A stretch of 61,991 bases of DNA, the filler included, from Chiloscyllium plagiosum (taxonomy: Eukaryota), in NCBI RefSeq assembly GCF_004010195.1. It is 3 parts of one record of this genome, joined end to end, with 100 filler letters (N's around TTAATTAATTAA, not from the genome) between each part and the next. Parts side by side here need not be neighbours in the genome. Positions count along the whole stretch, not along the records: positions 32,265 to 61,991 come from NC_057713.1; 2 more parts are not named here. One strand, written 5' to 3'. The notes under the pieces are model-generated. The model saw nothing but the letters and a program-made list of their open reading frames with translations. It had not been told where the DNA came from and did no database searches. Both the position numbers and the translations under genes were made by a program. Below, piece by piece: positions 35,888 through 50,833 of the stretch; position 1 is the first letter of the stretch; each line of letters begins with the position of its first letter.

Positions 35888-37749
35888 ATTATGCAATCTC
35901 TCTCCATTTAAATAGTATCTTGCTTTGTTATTCTTCCTGGCAACATGGACAATTTCATGTTTTCCCATGTTATACCCCACCCCCCTGAAAATATTTTAAC
36001 CACGCATTTGACCTGATTGAATCCCTTTGCAAACCCTCTACCTCTTCCTGATAATTTACTCTCCTATCTCTCTTAATGTATTTGCTAAATTTATTTACCA
36101 CACAATGGTTCTTTCATCTCAATCATTGATTGTAAATCTGCTGCTCTAGTTAACCATATGCTTGAAGAGGACAGTTTTCCCAGTCTGATTTACAGCCCTC
36201 TCAAATGTCAAGATATCTAATGCGGTGTGATTAGCACTCATTGATTTATGCAAGTCCAGGCTACTAAAATTGATTGTGCTTCCTGACATCATCATCAAGT
36301 GGGCATAACAAATGTCTCAAACATAATTCATCAGAACTATGTCCACCATGAAATTGACTCCACTTACTTTTGCAATAGGGTTGCTACTAGAGATCAAAAT
36401 TAGGAACTATTACTGAACTTGCTCTTCCCTAAGCCATCAGTATTGAAGCCAATTATAGCTCAGGTACTACCAGCTAAATCATCACCGATTCAATTCTAGT
36501 GCAGCCCTGATACTCACAATAAATTGCTTAGGTTTTGGGAAGGTCCTGACCTCTTTGTTTCAGTTAAATATCCATTATGTTATGGCTGTAGCTGCCTCAT
36601 CTATAAATGTTTTTGTGTTGAAAGGAAACACTGCTACTGAATTTATTTTCCTCCCCATGGGTGAGGTAATCTCCATTCTTGGATTGTGTAAGCATTCCTC
36701 CTATTAGAGACAGATGGTGCCAATGGCATTCTGGTTATTATCTCCACCATAAATGCTGGCAATCAAACATTCATTTTCGTATTGGACTCGCATGCCACTA
36801 AACACCCTTTTTACTCTCTCTTTTACTGTCCATTTAATATTGCACATTAGTGAAAAGTACCTCAAAGTGAATGCAAATCTATTTCAGAAGTGTAGATTTC
36901 TCATTATAGCCCATAAATGTGGACTGACTGTACAGTATTGTATGTACTTTTTTGCTTTAAAAAATGTTTTCAACATCATTTTAGAATCATTTATACGTTT
37001 TTACTGGGCTATTCTAGTACAATAGTTTCAATGTAATATTTTTAATCCACTTGTCTGCACCTATAATCATTGCATAAATTAATAATATTTATTTAAAACA
37101 TTTCTGACATACACTCTTTAAAATTCTCCTGTTGATTCAAAATTGCAATTGTGTAACTCTCATACCTCACAGAGGAAACCTCTCCTCAGTTCAGATAAAA
37201 CTAGAAAGTCGAAACAAAGGAACAGGAGTAGGTTATTCAGTCCCTCAAAACTATTCTAGCATTTGATTATATTATTGTTGATCTGTACAGGTAGTTCTTC
37301 TATAATGCGATAGTTGCATTCTTGTGTGACACCACACAGTATAAAAATCACTCAACAAAAATAGCACTTAAAGTATTGGTGATGCCAACACACACTTTAA
37401 AAGTTTGCAGTTTAGAAACAGCATCCCTTTTCGTCAATCACATTATACCCAATTTGCTTTGACAAAATGTGCATTACAGCTGAATGTTCTGTATCTCAAT
37501 TACTTAGCCTTCTAAGGTCCATATTCCTTTCTACTCATACTTAATAACTATAGCATTAGACTGTAGTATTTCAATTGACACAGCTTGGATAGTCTTTTGC
37601 GGACGTGCTTTTTGGATTTCCAGTATCATATGTCTGATAAAGTGCTTCCAACCCTAAATGTCCAAGCTTTGATTTAGTACTGCACGCTCATATTCTGTAC
37701 TTTTCACCAGAAGGAATAGTTTATTGGTATTATAAAGACTTATGATCCT

Positions 37750-37885
37750 GCTTCACAGCTATCTGATGAAGGAGCAGTGCTCCGAAAGCTGATACTTCCA
37801 AATAAACCTGTTGGATTATAACCTGGTGTTGTGTGTTTTTTAACTTTGTCCACCCCAGTCTAACACCGGCATCTCCAAATCATGT
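37750..37885 (+). mobile_element. 3' end of a third Penelope-type repeat with hammerhead-like motif
   Basis: CTGATGA-A-GGAGC-AGT-GCTCC-GAAAGCT at 37763-37790, followed by AATAAA. No coding part seen, so the family call rests on the motif. Confidence 0.55.
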
Positions 37886-37899
37886 CCTTCTCCTTAGAT

Positions 37900-39420
37900 A
37901 AGTTGGAAGTCCCAGGTTTGCAAAGATACTTTCCAAAGAGACTTTGTGAGTTGTTGCAGTGCATCTTGGAGAACGTACATACTGCTGCCACAGAGCATTG
38001 GTGGTGGAAGGTGTCAACGTTGATGGTGTTATTTTGTCCTGGATGTTGTTGAGCTTTTTGAATGCTGTTTAAGGTCCACTCATCAAGGCAAATGGAGACT
38101 ATTCCTTCACACTCCTGACTTGTGCCTTGCAGATGGAGTATAGGCTTTGAGGTTCACAATATGAATTAATCGCTACAGAAATCCTAGCTTCTAACTTGTT
38201 CATATAGCCAAAATATTAAGATGACTGGTCCTGTTCAGTTTCTGGTCAGTGGTAATGTCAGCACATTAATGGTGAAGGATTCAGCAATTGCCATTTAATG
38301 TCAAGGAACTGTGGTTTCATTCTCTTTTGATGGCGATGGTCATTGCCTTGCATTTGTATGGCATGAATGTTACATTGTCTAGGTCTTGCTGCATATGGAT
38401 ACACATTGTTTCAATATCTGAGAAGTCACACATGGTGCTGCCTGCCATGGAATCATCAATGAATATCCCCTTTTAAATAAGTGGAGAGAGTCCGTTGATG
38501 AAGCAGCTAAAGTTAGTTGCACTGAGGTTACTACCCTTAGCAACACAGGTAATGATATTCTGTCGTTCACAGAATTAATCTTTAAAAACTACAACCACTT
38601 TCCTTCTTGTTAACCAGGACTTCAAACAATGGAGTTACTGCTACCATTGTGCATCCTCGATGGAGGGAATGAATGTTGAAGATATTAGATGAGATGCCAT
38701 TTAGAAAAGTTGCTTTGTCCTAGATGGTGTCAATCTTCTTTGGAGCTACACTCAACCAGGCAAGTGGGGAATATTTCATCACGCTCCTGTACTGTCCCTT
38801 GTTGAGAGCGGACAATGTTTAAGGAGTCAGGAGTTGAGTTACTAACCACAGAATTCCTGAATTCTGGTGGAAGGGAGGCCTTTAATGAAGTATTTGAAGA
38901 TGATTGAGCCTAGGACTATCGTGAGGACCTACTGCAGAGATGTCCTAGGTCTGAATAGATTGACTACAGTTTTGCTCGGCATCCTTGATGCCATGCATTA
39001 CCTTGATGTCAAGAGTGATGTCACTCTGACTACATCTCTGGAGTTCAGCTCTTTTGTCCATGTTTGAACCAAAACTGTAATGGAGTCAGGAGCTGAGTGA
39101 GTCTGATGCTCAAATTGAATATCAATGAGAATCCTATTGTTGAGGAAGTGCCACTTGACAGCACCATCAATGATATCTTCCATTACTTTACTGTTTACTG
39201 AGAGTAGACTGATGAGGTGATTGGCTGGATTGGATCTATCTTTTATGGACAAGATATACCTGGGCAGTTTTCCACATTAACAAGTAGATGTCAATGTTAT
39301 AATTGTACTGGAACAATGTGGCTAGGGCACAGCAGTCAGTTCTAGAGTACAGGGCTTCAGTATTATTACCAGAATGTTGTCCAAGCTCATAGCCTTTGCA
39401 TTCCTTCATCTGTTTCTTGA
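37900..39420 (-). mobile_element. Old CR1/L2-group LINE fragments
   Basis: Resembles 27500-27975; DRSNPAN..ISLLS..SKVME, HSAPD remnants. Boundaries approximate. Confidence 0.6.
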
Positions 39421-41234
39421 CATCAAGTAGAGTGGATTGGCAAAATATTGATACATGTGACACTGGTAACCTCAGAGAACCTCTTTCAAATTCATTCTTA
39501 GCTGTTTGATGTTGCTCATGGAGTATGATGTCCATTTCTATTATCCTATGTTTCACTTTACATTTCGGAACATTAAATTTCAGCTTACTGCTACATTAAT
39601 TGAATTAATTTTCTCAAAATAACTCCTTAATTTCAATTCATAGTTGAGTATTTTCAATCAGTATGACTTACATTTTGAAACCCAATATGAATTAATGGCA
39701 AAGTCTTGATCAACCAATCAGCTCTCTATTTCTCATGCAGTATAACTTGTTGATCTCTTTGAAACTTGATATTCTTGCATTGGTCTTGATGAGAGAAATA
39801 TGAACAGCCTTGATAGCATGTCCTTTTTTTTCCCCACAATACTAAAAATGAAAAAATATAATTAGGGAAAGGGATCCTAACATTGACTCTTGGAGCATCA
39901 CATTTTCTCAACTCAACTCTTTCTACAATTCTGTTGATTTCTTATTTATTCCTAAATATTTGCTTAGAATTCTCCTTGGTTTAAATTTGTCCACCGGGCT
40001 TTTATAGCCAACCTGGTCAGGCAACCTTTGAACGTTTGGCACATTATATTCTGAGGATTTCCAGAGCCTACTATGGATGTAACTACCTTAAAATAACATA
40101 AAAATGGGGAGATGCATTAGGGAAGCTTTTAGACCGAGAACTCCAGTGGGTTTGATATCAGAACAAGACACTTGTTCTGCTCACTTTGAATCAGTTCTAT
40201 TATTACCCCGTATGATTGGTACAAAGGCAATAGGTTGTGGTAGCTTAGGTTAATCATTGCAACACCAGAACTTCACTGTAGGAAGTTCTCAGATAACTGC
40301 CTCCAACCCAACCTTAATCATATGCTTTATCAAATAAATTCCTCCATCAGAAGGATTGGACCAAGGCTGACAATGAATGATTTTAGCTTTGAGTTCCATT
40401 GAAAAGTTGCTCAGCAAAGCCAGGACCTGGACCAGGACCTAGAAAACATCCAAATTAGACATGACAAGTATCACACAATGAGCACCTCCCCAAATTTCAA
40501 ATACATCATCACTAATTCCTTCAACATCAACATCATATTGGTTGTTGGTGACCTATAGCTAAACTGTCCAGCTAAATCACGAATGTGGTTTCAAAGACGG
40601 TATACAGGCTGGGTATTTGCTGTCTCCAACTGGCAAAACCTGTTCGTCACCTACAAAGCTCAAGTTGGAACTGTGAAGGAAAAGATACCGTCTGTTTGAA
40701 TCAATGCACAAGATTCAAAAAGTTTGACATCGCCTGAGACAAAGTAGTTTGCTTGATTAAGACCCCTGTCAGTGAACAAAATTCAACTGATTCATTGTGT
40801 ATGGTCTATAGGTTATCATACAATTACTCAACAAGTTTAGGCTGGCAGCATTTTCTTTTATTCATTGACAACATTTATTGTCCACCCCTGATTGTCCTTG
40901 AGAAGACACCATTTCTTGGTGTCCTTGGAGTGTAGAGACACCAAACTGCTGTTAGGATGAGAGTTCCAGGATTTTGACCTAGCAACAATGAAACGAGAGT
41001 GATACATTAGTGTGTGGTTTAGAAAGGAACTTGGGGTTGTATTGTTCCTGTGCATTAGCTGCCCCTCAGGATGGCAAACATCATGAGATTTGAAGGTACC
41101 GTCAAAAGAAGCTATTACTGCATTGGGTAGTGTCAAGCTGCCAGGACAAAGCTCCTTTATCTCCAGAAACATCAATCTTGACAATGATTAGATGAATTTC
41201 TTGATGTCAAAACACACCATTTTTTCTGTGTTCC

Positions 41235-42950
41235 CAGAAGCAGGAGTAGGCCATTCAGCCCATTGACCCTGAGCCACCATTTAATATGATCATGGCTAAT
41301 TGAACACTTGAATGTCTTTCCCCATACTATCTCCATAACCCTTAGATCATTCATAATCAAAAACATATCAATCCCTACTTTAAACATACTGAATGACTGA
41401 GCTTCTCTGAGGAAGAGAATTCCAAAGAATCACCAATCTGAGTAAAAACAGTTCTCTTCACCACAGGGACAAATCAAATTCCCATTAGCTTCACAACCAG
41501 GCAAAATATTATACCTGCATCTACCCGATCTATCGTTTCAAGTATTTTATAAGTTTCAATGAGATCACTTCTCATCCTTCAAAGTTTTGGAGATTATGGA
41601 GCCAGTTTGTCCAATTGCACTTCCGAGGAAAGTCTTGTTATCCTGAGAACACGTTTGGTGCATCTTTGTTGTGTTCCGTCTATGGCAATAATAATAATAT
41701 CTTACCTGAGGTAAGGAGACCTAAACCACATGCACACTCCTGATGCAGTCTAACCAAACTCCTACATGATTGACAAAAGAATTTACTCATTCTGTTTTTA
41801 ATGCATCTTGCATGAAAGACTCACAATCCTATAGCATTCCTAATGGTTTGCTGCACTTTCATTTTATCCCTCATAGACAAAATTGCCAAAGTCCCTCTGC
41901 ATATCTATACATTCTGACCCCTCATTATCTTTTCTTAAAATCTCCACATCTGTTCTTCCTACCAAAGTGAATAATCTCACATTTTCCACATCATATTCCA
42001 TCTGCTATCTTCTTAGCTATTCCCAAAACGCATCCAAATCCTCTTGAAATAATTTTATATCTTCTGTGCAATACACATTCCTGCTTAGCTTTGTAAGCAA
42101 ATTTGAAAATATCACATTTAAACCTCACATCCAAATCATTGATCTACTTTGTGAACAGCTGGGCGCGAGTATTGATCCTCGTGTTACCCAACTAACCACA
42201 GTCTGTCAGCGTGACAATGACCCATTTATTCCGACTCTCTGTTTTCTGTCTGTTAGTCAATTCTGAAGACATGCCAGTATATTACCTCCTTTAGCAAATT
42301 CTTTCATTTTGTTAAACCTCCTGTGGGAAACCTCATCACAAGCCTTTGGAAAATTTAGCTGTTCTACATCTATCAAATCTGCTTTATCAATTTTGTTGGT
42401 TACATTCTCAAAAACCAATTTTGTTAAACATGATTTTTCATTTACAAATCCATGTTGACGATGCCAATCTGATTACTTTTAGCCAAGTGTCCATTTATCA
42501 TGTCCTTAAGGATAGATTCTAGCATTTTATCTACTACAGATGTAAGACTGACACGTCTGATAGTTCTCTGATTTTTTCTCCCTTGTTCTTTTCTTAAATA
42601 GCAGGGTGACATTTGCAAGTTTCTGGCCTTCATGAGTCATTTCTGAATCTATGGAATTTTGGAAGATATCACCAATGAATGCATTATCTCTACAATCACT
42701 TCCTTCAAGACTCTGAAATGTAGACTATCAGATCTTGTGGACTTGTTAACTTTCAGACCCATTAACTTTCCTAGTACAATCTTCTTACTAATACTAATTT
42801 CCTTCAAAATTATTGTCCCTATTCAATTGGATCTTCAATTCTGATAAATTTCTTGTGTTCTTACAGAAAACATTATTTAGCTTTTCTACCATTTCCCTAT
42901 TTCCCATTATAAAGTCTCCTGACTGGTTTTAATGGACCCGCAGTCAATTT
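41235..42950 (-). mobile_element. Old CR1-type LINE fragment
   Basis: VSLTSVVDKMLESILKD remnant and CR1-like 3' UTR. Boundaries approximate. Confidence 0.65.
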
Positions 42951-42999
42951 CTCCAAACTTGCTTCCAAGCTACAGGGATTTCTCTTAATATAGGGAGCA

Positions 43000-43500
43000 T
43001 ATTATTAAATTGGAGAGGATTCAGAAAAGATTTACCGGAATGTTGCCAGAGCAGGAGAGTTTGAGTTATAAGGAGAGGCTGGATAGGCTGGGACTTTTTT
43101 CACTGGAGTGTAGGAGGCTGAAGGATGACGTTATAGAGATTTTTAAAATCATGAGGGGCACAGACAGGGTGAATAGCAAAGGTGTTTTCCCTTGAGTGGG
43201 GGAGTTCAAAACCAAGGGACATATTTTTAAGGTGAGCGGAGAAAAAGTTGTAAGGGACCTGAGGGGCAAATTTTTCCCACAGAGGGTGGTTCGTATATAG
43301 AATGAACTGCCAGAGGAAGTTGTAGATGCAGGTGCAGTTACAACATTTAAAAGACATTTGGACAGGACATGAATAGGAAACGTTTAGAGGGGCAGATATG
43401 GGCCAAATGCAGACAACTAGGATGAGGTTATCTTGGGAAACTTGGTTGGCATGAATGAGTTGGACTGAAGAGTCTGATTCCATGCTGTATAACTCTATAT
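43000..43500 (+). mobile_element. HER1/CR1-type LINE 3' fragment
   Basis: ERIQKRFTGMLP..RLGLFSLECRRL. Confidence 0.8.
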
Positions 43501-44603
43501 CATTCTTCTCAGTAATCTAGGATAAATATCATCCATCACTGGAAATTATTTATTTTGAGCCCTTTTAGACAATTTTAATGTTGTCACCATATTTTGTTGT
43601 CAACTTAATTACTGCATTGAAAATAAAATGCTTACACTTATGTTTTCCTTCAGTTGTGTTTTTTTTATTTGTATTTCTCCCTCTGGCATTTTTTCAACAT
43701 GTTTCGAGAATTTGTTCACCTTTTTCTATGCAGCATTTGCACCGGCCATCCTTTATCCATACTACATTCCTGATTAATGTATTTACTCATTTAAAGACAG
43801 ATCTACTTAGTTTGCACTAGGTAATCTTGTTTCGACATGCTCGCTGGGGAATCTCTTCTGCTGAGGGGAGGTCCACTGCAGACAGCATTACAGGGTGCGA
43901 AAGAGACATGAGACTGTGCTTCCTGTCTATCCTTGGCCTGATGATGAGTACTTCAAAGAGAAGCTGTGATTACAAAAAAGGGGTGTCACTCCACAGAAGG
44001 ACTCCATGCAAAAAAAACGAAGAGGTTTGGCAGCCTGCCTCCTGGAGACGGAAAAGCTCTGTGACGTGCATTCAAGATATTTTCTCATTGATGTACTCAG
44101 GTATGTTGTGACACACCTCTGGAGGAAATAGGACATGAACCCAAGTCTTCAGTGTCAGACGTAGGGATACTATCACTATGCCTCAAGAGCCCTCTGAATT
44201 GAACTCAATCCCCGAGTGACCATTAATTCCAGTGAACTCAAAGATAATTGATGTAAATTGGCTCAACAAAGAGAAAAATTAACTTATTTCAGTGAGTGAC
44301 TGACACCCCCCCCCCTCCCCCCCCTCAGCCCTGCCTCCAGTTTAAGCAAGGGAGGTTCCCATTGCAGGAAGATTAACGTGCTGTGTTTCCCATGATACTG
44401 TGATCCCAGCCACCATGTCTCTCACTGTGACAGGCTGTACTAACCCAACCCCTCCAAACCGGAAAAAAATTACCATTGGAATTGCTTTGTGCCAAACAAA
44501 GGCTCAACTTAAAAGCTCCATACATTATTTGAGTTGAACATATTTCATCCCTTTTGTAGCTTTCCTGTTTCAATGAATTTTATTTGGGTATTCAGTTTAT
44601 AAA

Positions 44604-45645
44604 ACATAGAATATTACAGCGCAGTACAGGCCCTTCAGCCCTCGATGTTGTGCCAACCTGTGGAATCAATCTGAAGCTCATCTATCCTGTACCATTCCAT
44701 TTTCATTCACGTATATTCAATGACCATCTAAATGCCCTTAAAGTTGGCAAGTCTACTACTGTTGCAGACAGGGTGTTTCACGCCCCTACTACTCTCTGAA
44801 TAAAGAAACTATCTCTGACATCTATCACCCCTCAATTTAAAGCTATGTCCCCTCGTGCTAGCCATCACTATCTGAGGAGAAAAACTCTCACTCTCCGCCC
44901 TATCTAACTCTCTGATTATCTTATTTGTCTCAATTAAGTCACATCTCAACCTTCTCTCTAATGAAAACAGCCTCAAGCCCCTCAGCCTTTCCTCATAAGC
45001 CCTTCCCTCCATACCAGGCAACATCCTAGTTAATCTCCTCTGAACCCTTTCCAAAGTTTCAACATCCTTCCTATAATGTGGTGACCAGAACTGTACGCAA
45101 TACTCCAAGTGCGGCCGCACCAGAGTTTTGTGCAGCTGCAACATGAACTTGTGGCTCCAAACCTCAATCCCTGAACCAATGAAAAAGAACACACCATATG
45201 CGTTCTTAACAACCCTATTAACCTGGGTGGAAACTTTCAGGGGCTTATGTAAATGGACACCGAGATCTCTCTGCTCATCTACAAGAATCTTACCATTAGC
45301 CCAGTCCTCTGCATTCCTGTTGCTCCTCCCAAAGTAAATCACCTCACACTTTTCCACATTAAACTCTATTTGCTCCCTCTCAGCCCAGCCCTGCATCTTA
45401 TTTATGTCCCTATGCAACCTGCAAATCCTTTGGCACTATGCACAACTCCACTGACCTTAGTGTAATCTGCAAATTTACCAACCCATCCTCCTACGCCCTC
45501 ATCCAGGTCATTTATAAAAATGACAAACAGCAGGGCCCCAACACAGATCCTTGTGGTAGACCACTAGCTACTGAACTCCGGGATGAACATTTCCCATCAA
45601 TCACCACCCTCTGTCTTCTTTCAGCTAGCCAATTCCTGATCCAAG
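44604..45645 (-). mobile_element. CR1-type LINE RT 3' fragment
   Basis: ORF 44809-45417, same family as 30849-32522. Confidence 0.88.
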
Positions 45646-46514
45646 TTGATCATATTAGGTTGATCAGATTAGCCCATTGGACAAAGAAATAAAAACTAGC
45701 AGAGACTGGAAATCTGAAATGTAGACTGAAAATGCTGAATGCTCAGAAGATTAGGCAAACAGTTTTCAATATTATAAGCAATACTGTTCTAGTCAAGACG
45801 GCCTGAGTTCAATTCCCACATGCGCAGGAAATGTTTAACTTGTGTTTTTCCTTCAGCATTCTCAAAGTTGATTTGCCTTTCACATTGATTATTCAGCAAG
45901 ACTTGGAGGAGACTAATGGTTGCAACTAATATAGCAGCAGACATTTTTAAATCAACCTGTGCAGACATGTTATGACATACCTCTGGAGCAGTTGGGATTT
46001 GAACCCACACCTCCTGGCTCAGAAGTGGGACACTATGACTGTGCCACAAGAGTTCTTCCAGGAGGTGTTTAATAACATGCCTGAACAGATTGAGTAAAAT
46101 AAGTGACAAGTTGCCTTTGTTAGTTAGAGGGCCTGAAGAGACACCATGTTGCCTTTTCTTGGGTAGGCCCATAGTGCATGTTGAATATTAGGTGGACAAT
46201 AGCGGACTTTCCCTGTGACCAAAGACCCTAGGAACAGAACCCAAACCACTGAGAGATGACAGCCAATCAAAGGCTATCATCTATAGACTGCTGCTGTAGT
46301 AATACACCACCAGAAATCCAGGATCACTGCGGAAGCCCAGGTCAAAGGTGAGTTATGAGCAGGATGGGGATCAAAGGGAAGAAAGGGTTGGTTCACCATG
46401 GGTATGTACATCCAGATTCCTGGTTCCTTAAGCAGGCACTGAGCATGTTTGATATTTGACTCAGTTGATTTATTGTACTTCCTGATGGCACAGTTTGAAA
46501 CTGCCACAGGTTTT

Positions 46515-46827
46515 TTAGATTAGATTAGATTACTTACAGTATGGAAACAGGCTCTTCGGCCCAACAAGTCCACACCAACCCTCCGAAGCGCAACCCACCC
46601 ATTCCCCTACATTTACCCCCCTACCTAACACTACGGGCAATTTAGCATGGCCAATTCACCTGCACATCTTTGGACTGTGGGAGGAAACCAGAGCGCCCAG
46701 AGGAAACCAACGCAAACATGGGGAGAATGTGTAAACTCCACACAGTCAGTCGCCTGAGGCGGGAATTGAACCCGGGTCTCTGGCGCTGTGAGGCAGCAGT
46801 GCTAACCACTGTGCCACCGTGCCGCCC
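46515..46827 (-). mobile_element. HE1-type SINE
   Basis: Full head, core and tail. Confidence 0.9.
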
Positions 46828-47035
46828 ATGGCGGTTAAATACTGGTTAAGTGGCAGGTTAAGAACCCAAATTAGATGTTGCCCTCCAGCTTGATTACATA
46901 GATAACAAATCTAAATCTAATCCAGCCTATGCATTTACAGTAAATAAAACATTTTTATTTGTATCACTTCAGAGAGCAAGCTGTAGGCCTGGAGAGTTGC
47001 AGCAGGACGCTGCTATAAATTTTCTTTAACATTAT

Positions 47036-47725
47036 TGTTACGACACAGGATAATGTCTCCTGCTTAATTTAAAACCAGCAACACAGAAAAAATTTATCCT
47101 GTGCAGCAATCTGTAAAAATTCAATAGGCCTAGAACTAATTAAAGTAAAAATTAACAACTTTATTTCTTAAAGTATTTCAGAGAATAATCAACTAACAAC
47201 TATTTACAAGTCCTTCCTCTAACCTATCTTTTGCCTTCCCTTCTATAATATTAGTCCAATAAAACTCCCAATTAAGAATTACAAAACAACACGTCTTATC
47301 TCAAAACCAAGCTGTTTTAGTTTTCTATGAATTCCTGTCTTCTTCTTCTTGGGAAGGCTGCTTCACAGGTTACTGATCAATTAAGGTACCTTTAAGAGAG
47401 CTATTTTCTGGGAAGTGTGCAGATGTCATTGGCATCGCAGCTCTCCTCCCAACTGCTCAAAGTTCCCCAGTTTTATATCCCCAAAGCATCGGATTGTGTC
47501 ATTGGCTTTTAAGATTGTCAATATACTCAGTTCAAACTTGATTGGAATGTGGTATTTTTCGGGGTATCATTTAAACTGATTGGCCTAATTCGAATCTGTT
47601 TTGTCGTTTCCAGGCAACTAGCTACCCCAATAGCTGGATCACATGTTACATTGTGTCTTACTGAGAACCCTTGGTGCTAGCTTTTAACTCTCTTAAAGGT
47701 ATAGTACATCCACATCTTCATAATA
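47036..47725 (-). repeat. 3' LTR of the Gypsy element
   Basis: TGTTACGA...TCATAATA termini (plus strand), directly next to the polypurine tract. Confidence 0.85.
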
Positions 47726-49084
47726 CCTCCCCCTTAAGAAAAAATGAACCATCATAATGAAAAGATAGCTTCATTTTTTCCTTTTCTTTTTAAACACATT
47801 ACCCTAACATACAGATAATTTTAATATAAGTTCACCTTAACTGCTTTCCATATTCTGGTAAGACAAATCTCATCTAAACTCTATCAGTTAAATCCGCGAT
47901 AATGCATCTATAATTACATTCTTCCAATCTGTAATATGTATAATTTTTAAATTAAAATCTGTAGCATAAGACTCCATTGAAATAGTCTCATATTCTTGTC
48001 TTTAAAGCATTCTAAGAATGTAAGCAGATTGTGATCAGTGTACACAACTGCGTTTGGCATATTGTTTGTGACATACACATTAAAATGTTGTAAGGCCAAT
48101 ACCAAACCCAATAGCTTCCTTTTGATTGTGGAGTATTTCCTCTGGCGGATGTTGATCTTCTTTGAAAAGTAACCAACTGGCAGTTCAATCCCATCCTCAC
48201 CTTCCTGTAGGAGGACAGCTCCAACTCCAATGTCACTAGCATCGATGGCAACTTCAAAAGGTTTTGAAAAGTTTAGTGTAGCTAAAACTGGTTTGGTGGT
48301 CAATATCGATTTCAAATGGTCAAATGCCTCCTGGCATGGTTCTGTCCACCAAAACTTTGTGTTCTTCTTCAGCAAATCGGTTAATGGTGCCACTACACTG
48401 CTGAGGTTTGGTAGAATCCACTGAGTCCTAAGAATCGAAGCATCTCTTTCTACAAGGTTGGTCATGGAAATTCCTCGATGGTCTTCATCTTTGTGTTCCG
48501 TGGGGTCAACCTTCCATGACCGATGTTATGTCCCAAGTTTTAGTAAATTCCGTTTTATATAAGTTTATCACCAGTTTTGTTTCTTGTAATCATTCAAAGA
48601 GCTCTACTAACTGTACCATGTGATCTTTCCAGGACTTACTAAAGATCACTACATCGTCCAAATACACTGCACAGTTTGTTAAGATCAACTAGGTGAAAGT
48701 GAGGACTGCAGATGCTGGAGATTAGAATCAAGAGTGCGGTGCTGGAAAAGCACAGCAGATCAGACAGCATCCGAGGAGCAGAAAAATTGATGTAACTGGC
48801 TTGTCCAACTTTCTCAATACAGTCCTCCAAACTAGAAATTGAATATGAGACCAATTTTGTAACGCCATTGACCTTCTGATAATCCATGCAAAATCGTTGA
48901 GTCCCCTCTGGTTTGGGAACTAAGATGATTGACAAACTCCACTAGCTCTGGCTTGGTCCAATGGTGTCCTTGTCCACCTCCTTCTGGGCCTGTCTGGCTT
49001 TGAAAGGATTAAGCTGATAGGGGTGTTGTTTTATCGGAGCAGTATTCCCTATGTCTACTTCATATACAATAGCATTGTGTTGCT

Positions 49085-49416
49085 GGCGGCACGGTCGCAC
49101 AGTGGGTGGCACAGTGGTTTGCACTGTTGCCTCACAGCGTCAGAGACCCAGATTCAATTCCCGCCTCAGGCGACTGACTGTGTGGAGTTTGCACATTCTC
49201 CCCGTGTCTGCGTGGGTTTCCTTCAGGTGCTCCGGTTTCCTCCCACAGTCCAAAGATGTGCAGGTCAGGTGAATTGGCCATGCTAAATTGCCCGTAGTGT
49301 TAGGTAAGGGGTAAATGTAGTGGTATGGGTGGGTTGCGCTTCTGCGGGTCGGTGTGGACTTGTTGGACCGAAGGGCTTGTTTACACACTGTAATCTAATC
49401 TAAAATCTAATCTAAT
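49085..49416 (+). mobile_element. HE1-type SINE nested in Gypsy pol, with duplicated 5' head
   Basis: Interrupts QMGRNN|AIVYEVD; head repeated (GGCGGCACGGTCGCACAGTG GGTGGCACAGTGG). Confidence 0.9.
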
Positions 49417-50796
49417 CATTATTCCTCCCCATCTGATTCTTACATATGTCCTTGTACTGCAGTAACAAATCTTTCAATTGCATTCTATGCTCCTGAGACA
49501 GATAACTTACTAACCTATCCCACTCCTCAAGGATTTCTTCATTTTTTAATCTATTTTGAGGCACCTCAAAATCCACATCATCTGGATTTGATTCTTCACT
49601 CTGCAGGGCATTAACTAACACCTGTTTCTTTCTCTCTCGTGTAATACAGTTTCAACATGTTCACATGACATACTCAATACCTTTGTTTTCTATCTGGTAT
49701 CTTTACTAGATAAACCACCTGACTCAACTTTTTCTCATTTGATAGAGACCACTAAACCTGGCTTTGAAGGGATCTCCTATCATTGGTAACCAACACGTCA
49801 TCCTCTCAGGAAAACGTCCGAGTCTCAGAGATTTTAACTGCCACCTGCTTCATTCTATATTGTGCCGCCTTTAGGCGCTGTTTACCTAACTCATCTACTT
49901 GATTTAGGTTCTGCCTCACCTCTGAGATGTAATCTAAGTGTGAGATCTCCGACTTCATTCCTGTCAATTTTTCTTTAATTAATTTCAAAGGGCCTCTCAC
50001 TTCATGCCCGAATAGTAACTCAAAGGGAGTAAACTGAGTAGATTTGTTTGGGGCATCTCTAACGGCAAACAATATGAATGGGATACCTTTATCCCAATCA
50101 TTCGGGTAATCCTGACAGTATGCTCTCAACATGGTCTTCAAGGTCTGATGCCACCTTACTTAAGCTCCCTAGGATTCAGGATGATACACACTGGAGTTAA
50201 AATGCTGTATACCTAAGCTATCCATAACCTCCTTAAACAGCCTAGCAGTAAAATCTGACCCTTAGTCTGACTGAATCCCTCTGGATAGACCATACCATGG
50301 GAAGAAAGCTACTAACTCCTTTACTAAAATTTTTGCCTTGATACTCTGTAATGGAATTGCCTCCGGAAATCTGGTAGACACATCCATATGGTTAACAAGT
50401 ACTGTTCCCACTTATAGTTCTCAGGAGGGGACCGACGCAATCAATATTAACCCGTGTGAAAGGTTCTTCAAATGTGGGAATTGGCAACAAAGGTGCTGGT
50501 TTTATTACCACCTGAGGCTTACCTACCATTTGGCATGTATGACATGGACGGCAAAAATTAATCACATCCTTGTGCATTCTAGGCCAATAAAAATGTCTTG
50601 TACCTTAGCCTGAGTCTTTCGTGCCCCTAGGTGACCTTCTACAGGTAGTTCATGTGCTACCTGCAACACAATCTGGTATACTTCGGCCCATTTCTCCTCT
50701 GCACTAACCTGCCATGGTCTCAATTTCCGCCTTAAGATTCTATCTTTCAGATAATAATCCTCCGGAATATTCTCTGCCTTCTTTACAGAGTATGCA

Positions 50797-50799
<3 letters not shown>

Positions 50800-50831
<32 letters not shown>
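50800..50831. repeat. (AT)n microsatellite inside Gypsy pol
   Basis: Direct reading. Confidence 0.9.
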
Positions 50832-50833
<2 letters not shown>
